The notes under the pieces are model-generated. The model did not search any database. It saw only the letters and a list, made by a program, of their open reading frames with translations, and was not told the origin of the DNA. DNA of 64,000 nt, from assembly GCA_964016885.1 (NCBI GenBank), contig OZ024747.1:84196001-84260000 (forward strand), in the 5' to 3' direction. This document shows positions 1 to 12,712 of this stretch, one piece after another. This DNA comes from Eledone cirrhosa. Taxonomy: Eukaryota. Positions within the stretch are counted from its first letter, which is position 1, and each line of letters begins with the position of its first letter. The position numbers and the translations under genes were made by a program.

Positions 1-27
1 AAGGCAAGAAAAAACATCAGTAATTGA

Positions 28-93
28 AGAAGAAGAAGAAGAAGAAGAAGAAGAAGAAGAAGAAGAAGAAGAAGAAGAAGAAGAAGAAGAAGA
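28..93. repeat. (GAA)n microsatellite
   Basis: Pure GAA run. Confidence 0.98.
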
Positions 94-225
94 AATATGG
101 TATGTATTTATAAATAAATATTTAGAAAACCGTTAGCTATGCAAAAACACCAACGGCTATCGCCACCTGACGTTTTTGCATAGCTACGGCTTTCTAAATG
201 TTTATTTATAAACATACCGTATTTC
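92..225. repeat. Imperfect inverted repeat (~55 bp arms), MITE- or fold-back-like
   Basis: gaaatatggtatgtatttataaataaatatttagaaaaccgttagctatgcaaaaac (92-148) is the near reverse complement of 172-225. Confidence 0.8.
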
Positions 226-618
226 TTTAGAAATACTAAATTCGAATACATATCTGTATACAACTATGCTCGAACCTAGATTCTAATTCTATTCTATATA
301 TCTACACTTACATGGTTATATATGATATATATCCAGGTACATATTTGCATGCTTACATATACATATATATTACATACTCATGAAGAAATATGTGTGACAT
401 GAAGAATGTGTCGTCGTTATTAGACATATTTTAAGCAACAGTAATGTCCATCTCTTTACATAATGTTTATGTTGGCTTCTATACAAGCAGTGTAAAACCT
501 CCACACATAAATAGATTACAACTTCAAATACCTCTGACTCGTCACAAATGTTTGACCTTAATATACTTGTGTGATGTGGGGTGGTGTAAGTATGTTTATG
601 TATATATATATGTGTGTG

Positions 619-652
<34 letters not shown>

Positions 653-716
653 CGCGCGCGCGCGCGCGCGTGCGTGTGTGTTCGTAATATATAATAAAAT
701 ACATATATTTATGTAA

Positions 717-766
<50 letters not shown>

Positions 767-768
<2 letters not shown>

Positions 769-1385
769 TGGCTGCCAACTCGTTTTCGAGTACAGCCACT
801 ACTTTATATCCATGTAGGAGAACTCCTACCAATGCGCTGAACGAGTGTGACTTTTTAGTCCAGCCAGCGACTTGAAAACTCTGGTACAAACACTACACTT
901 GTGACAATTACTGACACATAGTGCTGGGCCCATGATACCATGTGATGACAAGTGCAGAGAGATCTCCAGATATAAAAAAATGCCTGTGCCGTGAAGCTTT
1001 TATAGTGAGCAAAGGCACTGCACAAAGCCAGTCCCACTCTCTTAACCAAGATGATATTTACCAAAAAGAAGAACAAGTCAACATCATTGGATACCATCAG
1101 AGTTGCAGGTGTTATATCAGAGTTTTCCTTCTCCTAGAATTCTGCCTTGACAAAGGCTAAGGGGTCATCTCTCCCGGTGATTTTGGATGGCCATTGACTC
1201 TTAAGAGCTCCTTTGCCCTTTGACAGGTTTTGTTTTTAGTCCTGCAGGATGTCCAAAGTCACCCTCCTCACCAAGAAACCTTGGTGGGGTTGCCAGTTTA
1301 GTCGCCAACGACCCGACCATGAGACAGGTTGTACTAGGATACATGTTACCAGTAGCACCAACTGGTGACCTGACATATGGGAATG
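767..1385 (-). mobile_element. Non-autonomous, internally deleted RTE-type element (5' UTR-like part joined to 3' end)
   Basis: Minus 900-826 encodes KCSVCTRVFKSLAGLKSHTRSAHW*, a C2H2 finger like those ending RTE ORFs. It is followed by a 3' hairpin (768-799) and a (TA)n tail. The upstream part has the RTE 5' UTR-type motif ctaggagaaggaaaactctga. No RT or endonuclease lies between. Confidence 0.65.
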
Positions 1386-1389
1386 GTTC

Positions 1390-1649
1390 GTTTTCTAGGC
1401 GGGACGCCGCTCTGCGACCTGCGGATACCGCGCGCCATCCAGCCTGACGGGAACGGGTCGCGACGACGGATCGAAGGGGAAGTGCGTCCGATGCCGGCAC
1501 CCCGCGAATCGTAACGCCGGCGAGGCGGTCGGCGGTCGACTCGTCGAAACGAGAGACCGCCGCCGACGCGATCGCCGACGACGACGGCGCCTTAAAACAG
1601 CAGCGGACTGAGTCCCCTCGCGATCGCGGTGAACGGTCCTACCCGTTTA
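1390..1649 (-). rRNA. 28S rRNA D2 expansion-segment fragment (dispersed pseudogene piece)
   Basis: Very GC/CpG-rich island. The minus strand starts TAAACGGGT...GGGGACTCAG and contains GCACTTCCCC...CGTCGCGACCCGTT, both resembling conserved anchors of metazoan 28S D2. Confidence 0.75.
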
Positions 1650-1666
1650 TATATATATACATATAT

Positions 1667-1716
<50 letters not shown>

Positions 1717-1833
1717 TATATATATATATATAATATATATATATATCATATATTTACATGTATTTACATATATTTAAATGTATATATGTATATACATACA
1801 TATCATATCTATGTAACTAGGCCTAAATAGATA

Positions 1834-1835
<2 letters not shown>

Positions 1836-1864
<29 letters not shown>

Positions 1865-1894
1865 CATACATACATACATACATACATACATACA

Positions 1895-1924
<30 letters not shown>
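1836..1924. repeat. (CATA)n microsatellite
   Basis: Pure tetranucleotide run. Confidence 0.97.
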
Positions 1925-1925
<1 letters not shown>

Positions 1926-2046
1926 CACTCAACTGCGGAGTTAACTTTCAAAGACATTTAACATGGAAAAAAAGTGCATATTTATATAAACAATATTTAT
2001 AAACAATTTTCATCGACGATATACAAAGTGATGCAGTTGCATATAG

Positions 2047-2146
2047 GTTGTTGTTGTTGTTGGTGGTGGTGGTGGTGGTGGTGGTGGTGGTGGTGGTGGT
2101 GGTGGTGGTGGTGGTAGTAATGGTGGTGGTGGTGGTGGTGGTGGTT
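2047..2146. repeat. (GTT)n(GGT)n microsatellite
   Basis: Compound trinucleotide run. Confidence 0.95.
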
Positions 2147-2870
2147 GAGAATTTTCACATACAGTTTGTGAGACATAAAACAGTTGTTTGATAGGGTTAT
2201 CGCTAGGTTTGGACGGTGGCGGTACGGGTTTTTAAGTCTTCCATATAATCTTTAGGTCACTGAGATCTTGGCAGATGTCTTCTGCAACTGACGCCAGAAC
2301 AGAAGAAAACCCACATCTGTGAGACGGGGAGCGGTAACGCTGCTAAAGAAAGATACCAACAATTGGGATATCACGATGCTACGGTTATCTTCACGTTGTA
2401 TGTGGTGCTGAGCGAGAGTCTTGGTGTCAATAAAAATCGACTAAACAGTCTATTTCCAAAGAACATTAACTCGTGTAAAATTCTAGAAATCCTTCGTCTA
2501 GCAGTGCTACAAGCCGTACATCGGTTCAGGATAAACTCTACATACATGGAAGTATTGTCAGCCGCGCCTATCCGAGATGCAAGTAGTCCGACAAAACGGC
2601 TCTGCACGCATTCGTTCAGTATCAAAGCATTGTTGATTTGTGGCGTTATAGAGAACAACCATTGTTGCGAGAAGGTCGTTCCGGTTATCAGTAGAATTTA
2701 TCGTGACAACCACACCGACCGCCTTTATTTGGCCGGAAAGGTTAAGCTGTTTTGTTTTTTTTTTTGTTTTTATTTTCTGTCTAGTGTCTATTGGAGTGAG
2801 GGTGAACGGCTGAAGACAGACCCAGTTTCTCGTTGACCAAGCCTTCTCCAAGTTCTATTTTGAGAGAAAA

Positions 2871-2983
2871 GCCATATCACGCTGAAAATAACCGGTTCTC
2901 GCCCGATAACCGAAGTTAAGCAACGTCGACCCTAGTTGGTACTTAGATGGGTGACCGCTTGGGAACCCTAGGGGATGGAAGCA
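2871..2983 (+). rRNA. 5S rRNA pseudogene (lacks first ~7 nt, several substitutions)
   Basis: gccatatcacgctgaa...ccggttctcgcccgataaccgaagttaagcaacgtcga...gtacttagatgggtgaccgcttgggaaccctagg follows the metazoan 5S consensus, including box A and box C. Confidence 0.92.
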
Positions 2984-2991
2984 TTTACTTA

Positions 2992-3177
2992 ACGGTGGAT
3001 TGGCAGTCTCGTTAGAGGGTCGGACGCCATGCTTTGCAGCAAAGAGTTACAGCCCTTTATGGTCTGAGTTCAAATCCCGTCGGGGTTTACTTTGCCTTTC
3101 ATCCTTACAGGGTCGATAAAATAAAGTACCAGTAATACACTGGGATAATTGCTAGCCTTGTGCCAAAAAGTAGAAAT
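2992..3177 (+). mobile_element. tRNA-derived SINE (family A), full length
   Basis: A-box-like tggcagtctcgttag, B box gagttcaaatccc, central tttgcctttcatcc...ggtcgataaaataaagtaccagt, tail ccttgtgccaaaaagtagaaa; about 35 related copies in the window. Confidence 0.92.
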
Positions 3178-3391
3178 ATGTTGAGAGAAAGGTGAGAAAG
3201 GTGTTTGAAAAGTGAATTAGAGTGGCGAAAATAGTATTGAGAAGTGGCCCCACACTCTGCATATGTCTGCAGACAATAGAGCACGGGATCGATCAGGAAG
3301 AAGGCACTTGCCATTGACAGTAAAGTCAATCTAGGATCTGTTAGGATCCTTTATTAGGACAGTTCATGGCTGAGTCCAGGTTCTCTGTGCT

Positions 3392-3468
3392 TTGAGTTCA
3401 AATCCCGCTGAGATCAACTTTGCCTTTCATCCGTTCGAGTTCGATAACAAATATAACTAGTCCAGTAC
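3392..3468 (+). mobile_element. SINE A fragment
   Basis: B box plus central domain. Confidence 0.8.
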
Positions 3469-3473
3469 GAGGG

Positions 3474-3556
<83 letters not shown>

Positions 3557-3609
3557 GTGAAATAAAATAACAAGGACGATTGGTTACTCCTTCATTACGT
3601 TTATTGGTT

Positions 3610-3694
3610 GGTGACGCGCGTTTCGCCACTGATCAGCTCAAGGTTCGATCTGTATCGATCTATCCCAACTCTGTAATCCGGGGCTCGTCAGACC
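3610..3694 (-). ncRNA. Type I hammerhead ribozyme motif (PLE-like island)
   Basis: Minus strand: GGT CTGACGA GCC..(long loop)..GGC GAAA CGCGCG TC ACC, followed by aataaa. All three stems and the core are present. Confidence 0.8.
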
Positions 3695-3730
3695 CCGGGT
3701 GAACCTACAGTAACTCCAAGTTACACTCCT

Positions 3731-3778
<48 letters not shown>

Positions 3779-3788
3779 AGGAGTGTAA

Positions 3789-3830
3789 CTGATGATTTCT
3801 AAAGAATGAAACAGTTCTAGTCCTGTAGAA
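3789..3830 (+). ncRNA. Hammerhead core, 5'-truncated (same family as 29994-30038)
   Basis: CTGATGA tttctaaagaat GAAA CAG ttctagtc CTG TA GAA; the stem I 5' strand is missing. Confidence 0.55.
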
Positions 3831-3845
3831 TCTCATCTATATTAA

Positions 3846-3986
<141 letters not shown>

Positions 3987-5114
3987 CTTCTCTGGAAATA
4001 TTCGGACATGTTCAGACCTGGAAAAACATGGGCTCCACCAGATTTTAAAATATCCAAGGTCACGCTGTATGTTACTACGGTTCCCCAACGACACTATCGA
4101 GGGTTAACGATCCTTACATACATACATTCATACACACATACATACACACATGCACATAGACGTACAAACACACAGATGTATACATACATTACATATATTA
4201 CATACATGTATTTCCTGCTTCCCATATTCCATCCAAACCCTCTCAGTTTTGTAACTTATCTAAACTATAATAAAGCAAGGTCTGCGGGACTGCGTACGGT
4301 TTACTTTTTTTTATCCCGTTAGTAAAATAAGTTGGATTACTTTGAATAAATAATGAATGAATATTACATAATTTATCTACTAAATTTCGTAAACAAAAAT
4401 AATTTAGTAAAAATAAATAATTTATAATTGACTTCTTTATAAAGTTGCACTTCCGGTATATCGTTGCCACCACCACCACCACCTCCACTTCAACTATCAT
4501 ATATATATAGAAAGAGAGAGTGTGTGATGTCAACACTTCCGGTGGCGATCACTTAAATAAACATACTAATTTTCTGTCACTAATTTTCTCCTAATGTAGT
4601 TTATATATAATATCGTCTTTTTTTTAATGTATCATGGATTACGTTACTGATTACATAAGACAGTGTAACAACGTCTTCGTTCAATTTCTGTTTATATTGT
4701 CAATTACGATTTTATTTGATGTATCATATCATATCTACATGTATATATACTTGCGTATAATATCAATATACACACTATACATGCTAGCAGAAAACCTCCC
4801 GAAGGGTTATTTTTCTGCTAGTCTTCATAATGTCCCACATCCATCATGATTGCGGCAATAATAAAGAGATTATTATTATCAATAGTTTATCCTCTTTGTT
4901 CCTCTAATTCATTCTTGTCTTTGTTGTTGTTGTTGTTATAAATATGATGCGTGACAGTTTTGTTTATGTTTTTGCTTGTTTTGTTTTTCCCTCTCAACTA
5001 CTTTGTGTTCTTTCGTTTCCTTTGTTTTTGTTTTTTTTTAGTTCATAGTTTTACATAGTTTTAAGTGAGCTTATAGATAGATATTTTATACCTTCTCTCT
5101 CTCTCGCTCGCTCC

Positions 5115-5191
<77 letters not shown>

Positions 5192-5585
5192 ACCTATATC
5201 TATCTATATTTTCCTCCTTAACTAGATTAGCGAAACAATTTTGAGTGGCTTTACAAATGTTTACTTGTTGAGACGTCATGTCAAGGGTACACAGATTTTC
5301 ATAATTAACTAACTCTTACAAGCAAGATACCAAAGCAAATCTTTTAATGAATAGAGCGAAATCCTTTTGGCAGGTAACGTTACACGGTGAGCTTGTTTCG
5401 TTGAGATGTAACATCTTACAATGATAATGTCTGCCATCTTGAAAGCTCTCAATTCATTGTTTTACTCTGACAGCTTGTTGATTTTACAGCCATTGTTAAC
5501 GTTCCTTCCTTTTCATGTCCTTTAGCAAATGAAGACAAAAACTATTTTGTTTGCCCTTCTAACAATATTGTTTTTATTATTATTA

Positions 5586-6213
5586 CAGAATCGGTATAGC
5601 GTCAGACCAAATGCTTCACGGCATAAAATTATGGCCCTTTAAGTTCTGATTTCAAATCCTGTCGAGGTTAGCTTTGCTTTTCATCGTTAAGTGGTTGATA
5701 AAATAAAGTACCAGTAATGCATTAGAGTCGATTTAATCGACTTTCTCCTTCCATTCAAATTATTGACCTTGTGCCAAAAGTAGAAGCAACTATTATTAAC
5801 ATTATAGGGTGGTAGGTTGGCAGTGTCAGTAGAACCTCGGACAAAATGTTTTACGGCATCTAAATGAGGTCGATAAAATAAAGTTCCAGTTAAGTACTAG
5901 AATCGATTTAATCGACTATTCCCCCACCACCACCACTTCAAATTGGTGACCTTGTGTCAGATGTCGAAACAACTATTATATAAGGTGGTGGATTGGTAGA
6001 ATCGTTAGAACATCAGACAAATGCTTAGCATTATTTGTTCCGGTTCTCTACTTTCTGAGTTCAAATCCCACCAACGTCAATTTTGCCTTTCCCCCCTCCG
6101 TGGTCGATAAAATAAAGTACCAGTAAAATACTGGGTTTGATATTGTTGAGCTTTCCTTCCCCTCAAAATTACTGATAATGCCTCTAAATAAGAAACTATT
6201 GTTATTATTATCA
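5586..6213 (+). mobile_element. Three head-to-tail SINE A copies
   Basis: Head, central domain and tail repeat at ~5586, ~5808 and ~5983, separated by attatt tails. Confidence 0.88.
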
Positions 6214-6590
6214 TTAAAGCAGCGAATCGCATCATTTTATGTAAAAACCTTTATATTCCAAACACCAGCTTAATAAGGATTTCTAATTTAGACATAATTA
6301 TATTACTATATACCTTCAAACGTATTTGAAAATCAGTGTCTTTTAACAGATATATAACAAAGAAATGGTTAATCATCCAGATCATTCGACTGATAAGAGG
6401 GATAACTTACACACAATAATAATAAACGTGTAAAGGAAAACTAGACTCACGTCAAAGAAAATAGCAAACCACGTGTGAGCGCGGTCATGGTCAGAAGTAA
6501 AAGAAAAGACAGGAAGTGTAGGCAACAGTAGCAGTCAAGACAAGAAGTGAAAGCAATAGCGACAAGTCGGTAACACACATTCGTCTAAAC

Positions 6591-6743
6591 TAGGGTTTCC
6601 CAAACTTTTTCAAACGCAGAACCCTTTTTGTTTCAGAATTGTTTAGGGGAATACTGTTATATGGTCGTAATATAAATATACTCCTCTACTTTTTTCACGA
6701 AACCCCAGACACTCCTTTGCGGAACCCACTTTAGGAACCACTG
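6591..6743. mobile_element. hAT-type MITE
   Basis: Imperfect TIRs tagggtttcccaaa / tttaggaaccactg with 8-bp TSD gtctaaac (6583-6590) / gtctaaaa (6744-6751). Confidence 0.85.
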
Positions 6744-8497
6744 GTCTAAAAAAAGAAGAATACATTGGAAAATGGAGTTCTGCTAGACCAAGACTGGTCT
6801 GAAGATAAACAACGACATTCTATGTATTCAACAGTGGTCGTACAATCTGGTCAATTATGAAACCTCATCCCCCACAAGACACTCTTTACAAACTCACTTG
6901 ACTTGAATATATTTAATGTACCAAATTTTCTAGATTGAAGTAGAGATGAGATAGCTCATAACCATATCATTAAATTCTGGCAAGCTTTTTTTTGTTGTTG
7001 TTTGTTTTTAAGACAATATAACCCACCTGCAATAAATGTGTCTATCCAAGAGGTGAGAAGACATGTCTTTCAGAAAACTGGGATAATTTTAACTATGAGA
7101 GCTCAAATATTAATTGTATGTTAATAAATGTCATTATTGACGTTTAAAGGGAACAGGTGTCTGTTGGGTACATTTTATTTTTTTTTGTACAATACACTTT
7201 AGTGATAATCTTATTAATTTTATTTTTTACATATGAAACGTTTTTTTTTTTTTATTATTTTACATTTTATTTTATCTATATTATTTTTTTATTATTCTTT
7301 TTAAAATTAGATTTGATTGAATCGGCCCTGAAAGAATGAAATTCAAATTTGACTGTAGCAAGAATTGAATTTAGATGTGAAGAGCACTAAATTGTTTACC
7401 ATAAATCATCACAATGGGCACTCTACCATCTACACCAACACATCTCCTTCAGCCCGTTTTTCTATTGCCGATCTACTTATCAAATGATCTAACTTGCAGC
7501 TGTTCAACAGAGGTTCTATTAGTGAAGCAGCTAATGAATGTCAAATGGGAAAGTATGTGCAGCTAAAAAACGCTTTAAGTAAAAAAAGGTGCCATTTTAC
7601 AAGACTCAACCTCTTCAAATCATTCTTCTTTGTGATGTTGCAATTTACAATGAGAGAGAATACGATGAGCGAGAGTGGTTACATGAGAACGTCTGAGAGA
7701 TAAACTATAGAATTACATGTTGAGAATCTCTCCCTCATTGCTGTTACAACGAACACTTCACCAACACAAGCACGATGTAAGAAAAAATATGTTAAACGAA
7801 TAATAATAACTAAAGGGCAGACTTGATAGAAATAAGAGGGGAGGAGAAATACTAATGTAATGAAACAGACTCCACTAATCACTGCTAAAATTGTAGACGG
7901 GGTATTTTGTCAAGTGTCTTCGATAAAATGACTGCTAAAGCTTTTATACTTTGATTTACGACAACGGAGGAAAAATAGAAAACTAACACTCTAAATTATA
8001 AAAGTTTTTATACTTGTTTTATCAAAATGTTTGCTAATTATTTATCATCATCATCATTGTTATTGTTGTTACTGTTGTTGTTCAATAATATCAATAGTCA
8101 CGTTTTCACAGAAGTCATGAAAAAGAGGTTTAGGGGGCTTCTTTCACTACCAAATTAGGATCAACATGCGTTACTGTAAGTGTTCCCAGCCTGGTCATTT
8201 TGACACTGATGATGGGGTGATTTCATTTGCTTCCACCCTGGCCATTTCTTGGTGCTATAGAAACAGTGATATCAGCAGCCATGATATTCATCTATGGGGG
8301 TTGTTGTTGCTACTGGTTCTCTTGCAGCCGTTGCTCTCTTCTACCATTTTTTTCTCTTTAGCTTCCCTTTTCATGTGGAATGTAGGCTATAAAATAAACT
8401 TTATATCACATATCTGAAAACCAAGCCTTCTACCCTCTATCACTGCTCTCTCAGTAAGATAAAAGTCTGAGATGGCCTTGTCGTCTTCGTTGAGTTA

Positions 8498-8562
8498 CAC
8501 GTGGCCTAGTGGTAATGGTGTTGGACAACCGTAATGTCGTGTATTCGATTCTTGGACCGAGT
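8498..8562 (+). mobile_element. tRNA-like SINE head fragment
   Basis: A box tggcctagtggt and degenerate B box ttcgattct. Confidence 0.5.
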
Positions 8563-8759
8563 GAGCTATCGAAATATATATAGTGTTTTCGCGGAATTAA
8601 AATTCTAGAGAAAGTCCGGCCTTCTGTTGTTTTTAATATTTAACTCCGTTTATGCATCTAAGATGGATGATGTGCATAACGTCGAGTGCTTTAATTTATT
8701 GTATCATAATTTACTAACCGGAACCACCAGTTTTTTCCATTGGTAAACAACCTAACATA

Positions 8760-8808
<49 letters not shown>

Positions 8809-9043
8809 GAGAGAGACAGAAATTTACAAATATCATTTAAAACACCACATTCCAGAAGAGTGAGATCATCATTTATTGCATAACACTGACACGTGTTTCT
8901 TTGTATGTATTATACAATCGGTTTGAAATCGAATCCAATTACTCAAAAAATTATATGTTGACACAACAAATGTACTAAATGTAAGCGGCTCCAATTTCTT
9001 GTTACATAATCACTCTAAAATAATTGATTGCACTAACGGAAAC

Positions 9044-9121
<78 letters not shown>

Positions 9122-9142
9122 ATAACAAGGTATATCACAGTA

Positions 9143-9244
9143 TTCTGATGATTTGATCAAGCATAGACTGTAATTAAGGTCGAGTGACGTAACTTCTATC
9201 GATCAGCGGCTTTTAGACTCACCTGATTAAAGAAACAATTGTTA
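9143..9244 (+). ncRNA. Hammerhead-like motif in a ~170 bp island between (TA)n tracts
   Basis: CTGATGA tttgatca...tgattaaa GAAA CAATTG TT; palindromic stem III, stem I only 2 bp. Confidence 0.6.
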
Positions 9245-9283
9245 ACCCTTTTGTACAGCCGACGATGTTATTCTTCATTCTTT

Positions 9284-9327
<44 letters not shown>

Positions 9328-9336
9328 GTTAAAATT

Positions 9337-9405
9337 TAAATGACACCAAGGATTTATACCAATTTTAAACTAGTTTAAAGTGATTTAAATCTTGGGTGTC
9401 ATTTA
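9337..9405. repeat. Short inverted repeat next to (TA)n
   Basis: taaatgacaccaaggattta / taaatcttgggtgtcattta. Confidence 0.65.
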
Positions 9406-9613
9406 TATTCTAATCTATAACAGCTCTGAATAACCCCTATTGCATCGAACTAGATCAACCTGTAAGTCAGTATACCATTAATATTATAATTATAATATTA
9501 ATACTAATATTATATATATATGTTAAGTATTTCCGTGGAAAAGCTAAAGAAAAGAAGAGTGTTCTATGTATAGTACAGAGCTATTTAATTATGTAATATG
9601 TGTTGTTTATTAC

Positions 9614-9650
<37 letters not shown>

Positions 9651-9655
<5 letters not shown>

Positions 9656-10140
9656 GATATTAATAAATGGAAACTATATTTATAAAACCATATTTATTTC
9701 ATTATACATATTTCAGGGATACCAAATTAAATTATGGTATGCCTTCATCAGACAAAATACAATATATAACAGTTTTACAAATAAGCTTTGACGTACCCTT
9801 TTAAAATGCGACCATTATTTTTGGAGGCCATCTGGATAGTGAATTGTTTATATTATTTTAATAAGTCTTAGTGTTAAGGACAATTAGAAAAAGACGGAGA
9901 GAAAGATTGTCCTTAACACTAAGACTTATTAAAATAATATAAACAATTCACTATCCAGATGGCTTCCAAAAATAATGGTCGCATTTTAAAAGGGTACGTC
10001 AAAGCTTATTTGTAAAACTGTTATATATTGTATTTTGTCTGATGAAGGCATACCATAATTTAATTTGGTATCCCTGAAATATGTATAATGAAATAAATAT
10101 GGTTTTATAAATATAGTTTCCATTTATTAATATCGTATAT
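9651..10140. mobile_element. Long inverted repeat (~234 bp arms, 21 bp spacer), PLE-terminus-like, with a degenerate hammerhead in each arm
   Basis: 9651-9884 is the reverse complement of 9906-10140 with about one mismatch. CTGATGA aggcatacca..tggtatccct GAAA at 10039-10079 is followed by aataaa. Flanked by (TA)n. Confidence 0.8.
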
Positions 10141-10239
10141 CTACTCCAAATACTTGTCGAGTGCTTTATATCAGTTATAAAAATATTTACTTGTTGTATC
10201 CAAACAATTTAAATAGATCTTTTGCATATATATATATAC

Positions 10240-10281
<42 letters not shown>

Positions 10282-10317
10282 GTATATATATATATATACG
10301 TATATATATATATATAC

Positions 10318-10419
<102 letters not shown>

Positions 10420-10982
10420 ATACACACACGCGTATATATGTATATATACATATAACATACATATGCGTTTGTACTTGTGGCCAATAAAGAAAAGTACATT
10501 ATTATTGTTGTTGCTGTTAATTATTTTTTTTATTATCATTGTATTTCTTCTTTACATGTCTGTCATTATATATTTCATGGTTGGTAGTAGTGGTAACTCT
10601 GATAGTATATTAGTGCCATAATACAATATAATATTTATCTATCTCAAGTGGTAAAAGTTACCGAATAGATAATTAGTGAATCTAGAAGCTGGCGGCGATT
10701 ACGAGATAAATCTGCATTTGTCAAACAATTTCTAAGATTATTATATATATTATGCATTACTAACAGCGTTACTACAAAGAGCTTGGTTAGATTGTTTGCT
10801 TGGTGAGAATGTAGGCTTAGAACACATGAGAAAGTCAGTAGCTAGCTTTCGCTTTTCTGTTTCTATTTTGTAACAAAAATGCAATCTGCTATTCTGTTTG
10901 ATAACAATGTTTGTGATATAATTGATATTGCGTGTGTAGCAAACGCAGTTGAACAAGAAATATAGCCCCTTCAAGTCGTAAT

Positions 10983-11190
10983 AGTTTCTGATATAAGCAC
11001 AAGGCCTGCAATTTAGAGGAGGGTTAAGTCGATTAAATTGACCCCAGTACTTGACTGGTACTTTATTTTATTGATCCCGAATGGATGAAAAGCAAAGTTC
11101 ACCTCGACGGGGTTTGAATTCGGAACTTAAAGAGCCGTAACTAATTGCATTTTGTCCAGTGCTCTATGGGTTCAGGCAATCCGCCATCCC
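10983..11190 (-). mobile_element. SINE A
   Basis: Reverse-complement match to head, centre and tail. Confidence 0.88.
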
Positions 11191-11354
11191 CCAAGAAACT
11201 ATATTAGTGATCCGCTTTCTATTTCAGATTAAAGCCGTTTATAATATTTAATATTTACACAACGAGTTCTGTTGAGAAAATTATGAAAAGTCAGGATTTC
11301 CGATGCAATCGCGAAAGAATACAGACACCCTTTATTCAACGCAACATCCTGATG

Positions 11355-11700
11355 TAACAGCTGGGAGGATAAAAGGACTGCATTAGTACTAGAGTGGTAC
11401 ATTTATTACCGACCCTGAAGGAATAAAAGTAAAGTGAATTTAGGCGAGATTTGAACTAAAGTTCAGAGAATCGAGATAAATGTGTAGCGTTCTAACGACT
11501 CAGCCAAATCAACCGAATACAAATAGAAGTAACTCTAAAATTGTTTCTGATTTAAACATAAGGCCAGAAATTAGAGGAAGGATACGTCGATTAAGTCGAC
11601 CCCAGTATTTGAATGGTATTTCATCAACATTAGAAAAATGGAGGACAAAGTTGGTCTTTGTGAGATTTGAACTCAGAATGTTAAATATTGTAATTAAATA
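11355..11700 (-). mobile_element. Two degenerate SINE A copies
   Basis: Central domain and B box remnants. Confidence 0.7.
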
Positions 11701-12540
11701 TAATACCGACTATAATAAACTATAGCTATGAAACACTATATTTTTGTGAAACTTTACAATATTATAATTATTATTAAATATGTTTCTTTTACTTTAGGGT
11801 GTCGCCTTTGTTTTAAAGGTCAGCATAGATTGATATTGAAACCTCAACAGCGTTTCATGCGTAGGCCTACATTCGTGCGCTTTTCTTGCGAACCTGTTCT
11901 GGCGGCTTCAAATATTCTCTAACTTCGGGCCCCTATTTGTTTTAATCCAGCCCTGACTATAATCTTGCTATTATTTACAATGAATATTTCTACATCAAAA
12001 TAGAATCCATTTCATTTTTTATGAGGATCTAGAATTTTAAAACAATATTTTGGTTATTAATTTTTAGCTTTAAAAAAGAAACATTATTCCTGATTAGTCT
12101 CTAAGTAACCAAAAACTGAAAGCGCCCACCAGCTTGTTGAATGGCAGTTTTGTCTTAACAAATAAATATCCAACGGTTAACAACCAGCAGGCCATGCTTA
12201 GTTTTAATGAAAATGGCTCCACGCTCTGAAATATATTAACTACAACTTACAAGTTTTTTTGTTTTTTGTTGTTTTTTTTTGCATTACAAATTTCGATAAC
12301 AGCGCTTTTCGTCACCTATGAAACCACCTAATCACATAACACGCCAGACATTAAAAAAAAAACTATTATTTAAGGAAGTATTTATATAGCTATGGGTAGA
12401 TACTGGCCAAACAAAGATGTTTTTATTGTCTAGTTCAAACAAGTCAATTCCGCTATTGTCTCACAAAATACCGACCGACCGACATTGAGCAATGTTATGA
12501 GAGTTTCTTTGGTTCACATAGGTCGGAGTATTATCTCTCT

Positions 12541-12591
<51 letters not shown>

Positions 12592-12670
12592 GAGAGATAG
12601 AGAGATAATAAAATACTACGACCTATGTATCACTTCTCTACATTCCATATATATATGCACTCACACACAC

Positions 12671-12712
<42 letters not shown>

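Noticed and set aside
1201-1500. 99-aa and 75-aa GC-rich ORFs
   Set aside because: Explained by the 28S-like fragment and RTE UTR.
2992-3085. tRNA gene calls at SINE heads
   Set aside because: No cloverleaf, and each head continues into the SINE body.
8110-8400. Protein-like minus-strand segment (REQRLQENQ...MNIMAADITVS)
   Set aside because: Multiple stops and no recognisable homolog.
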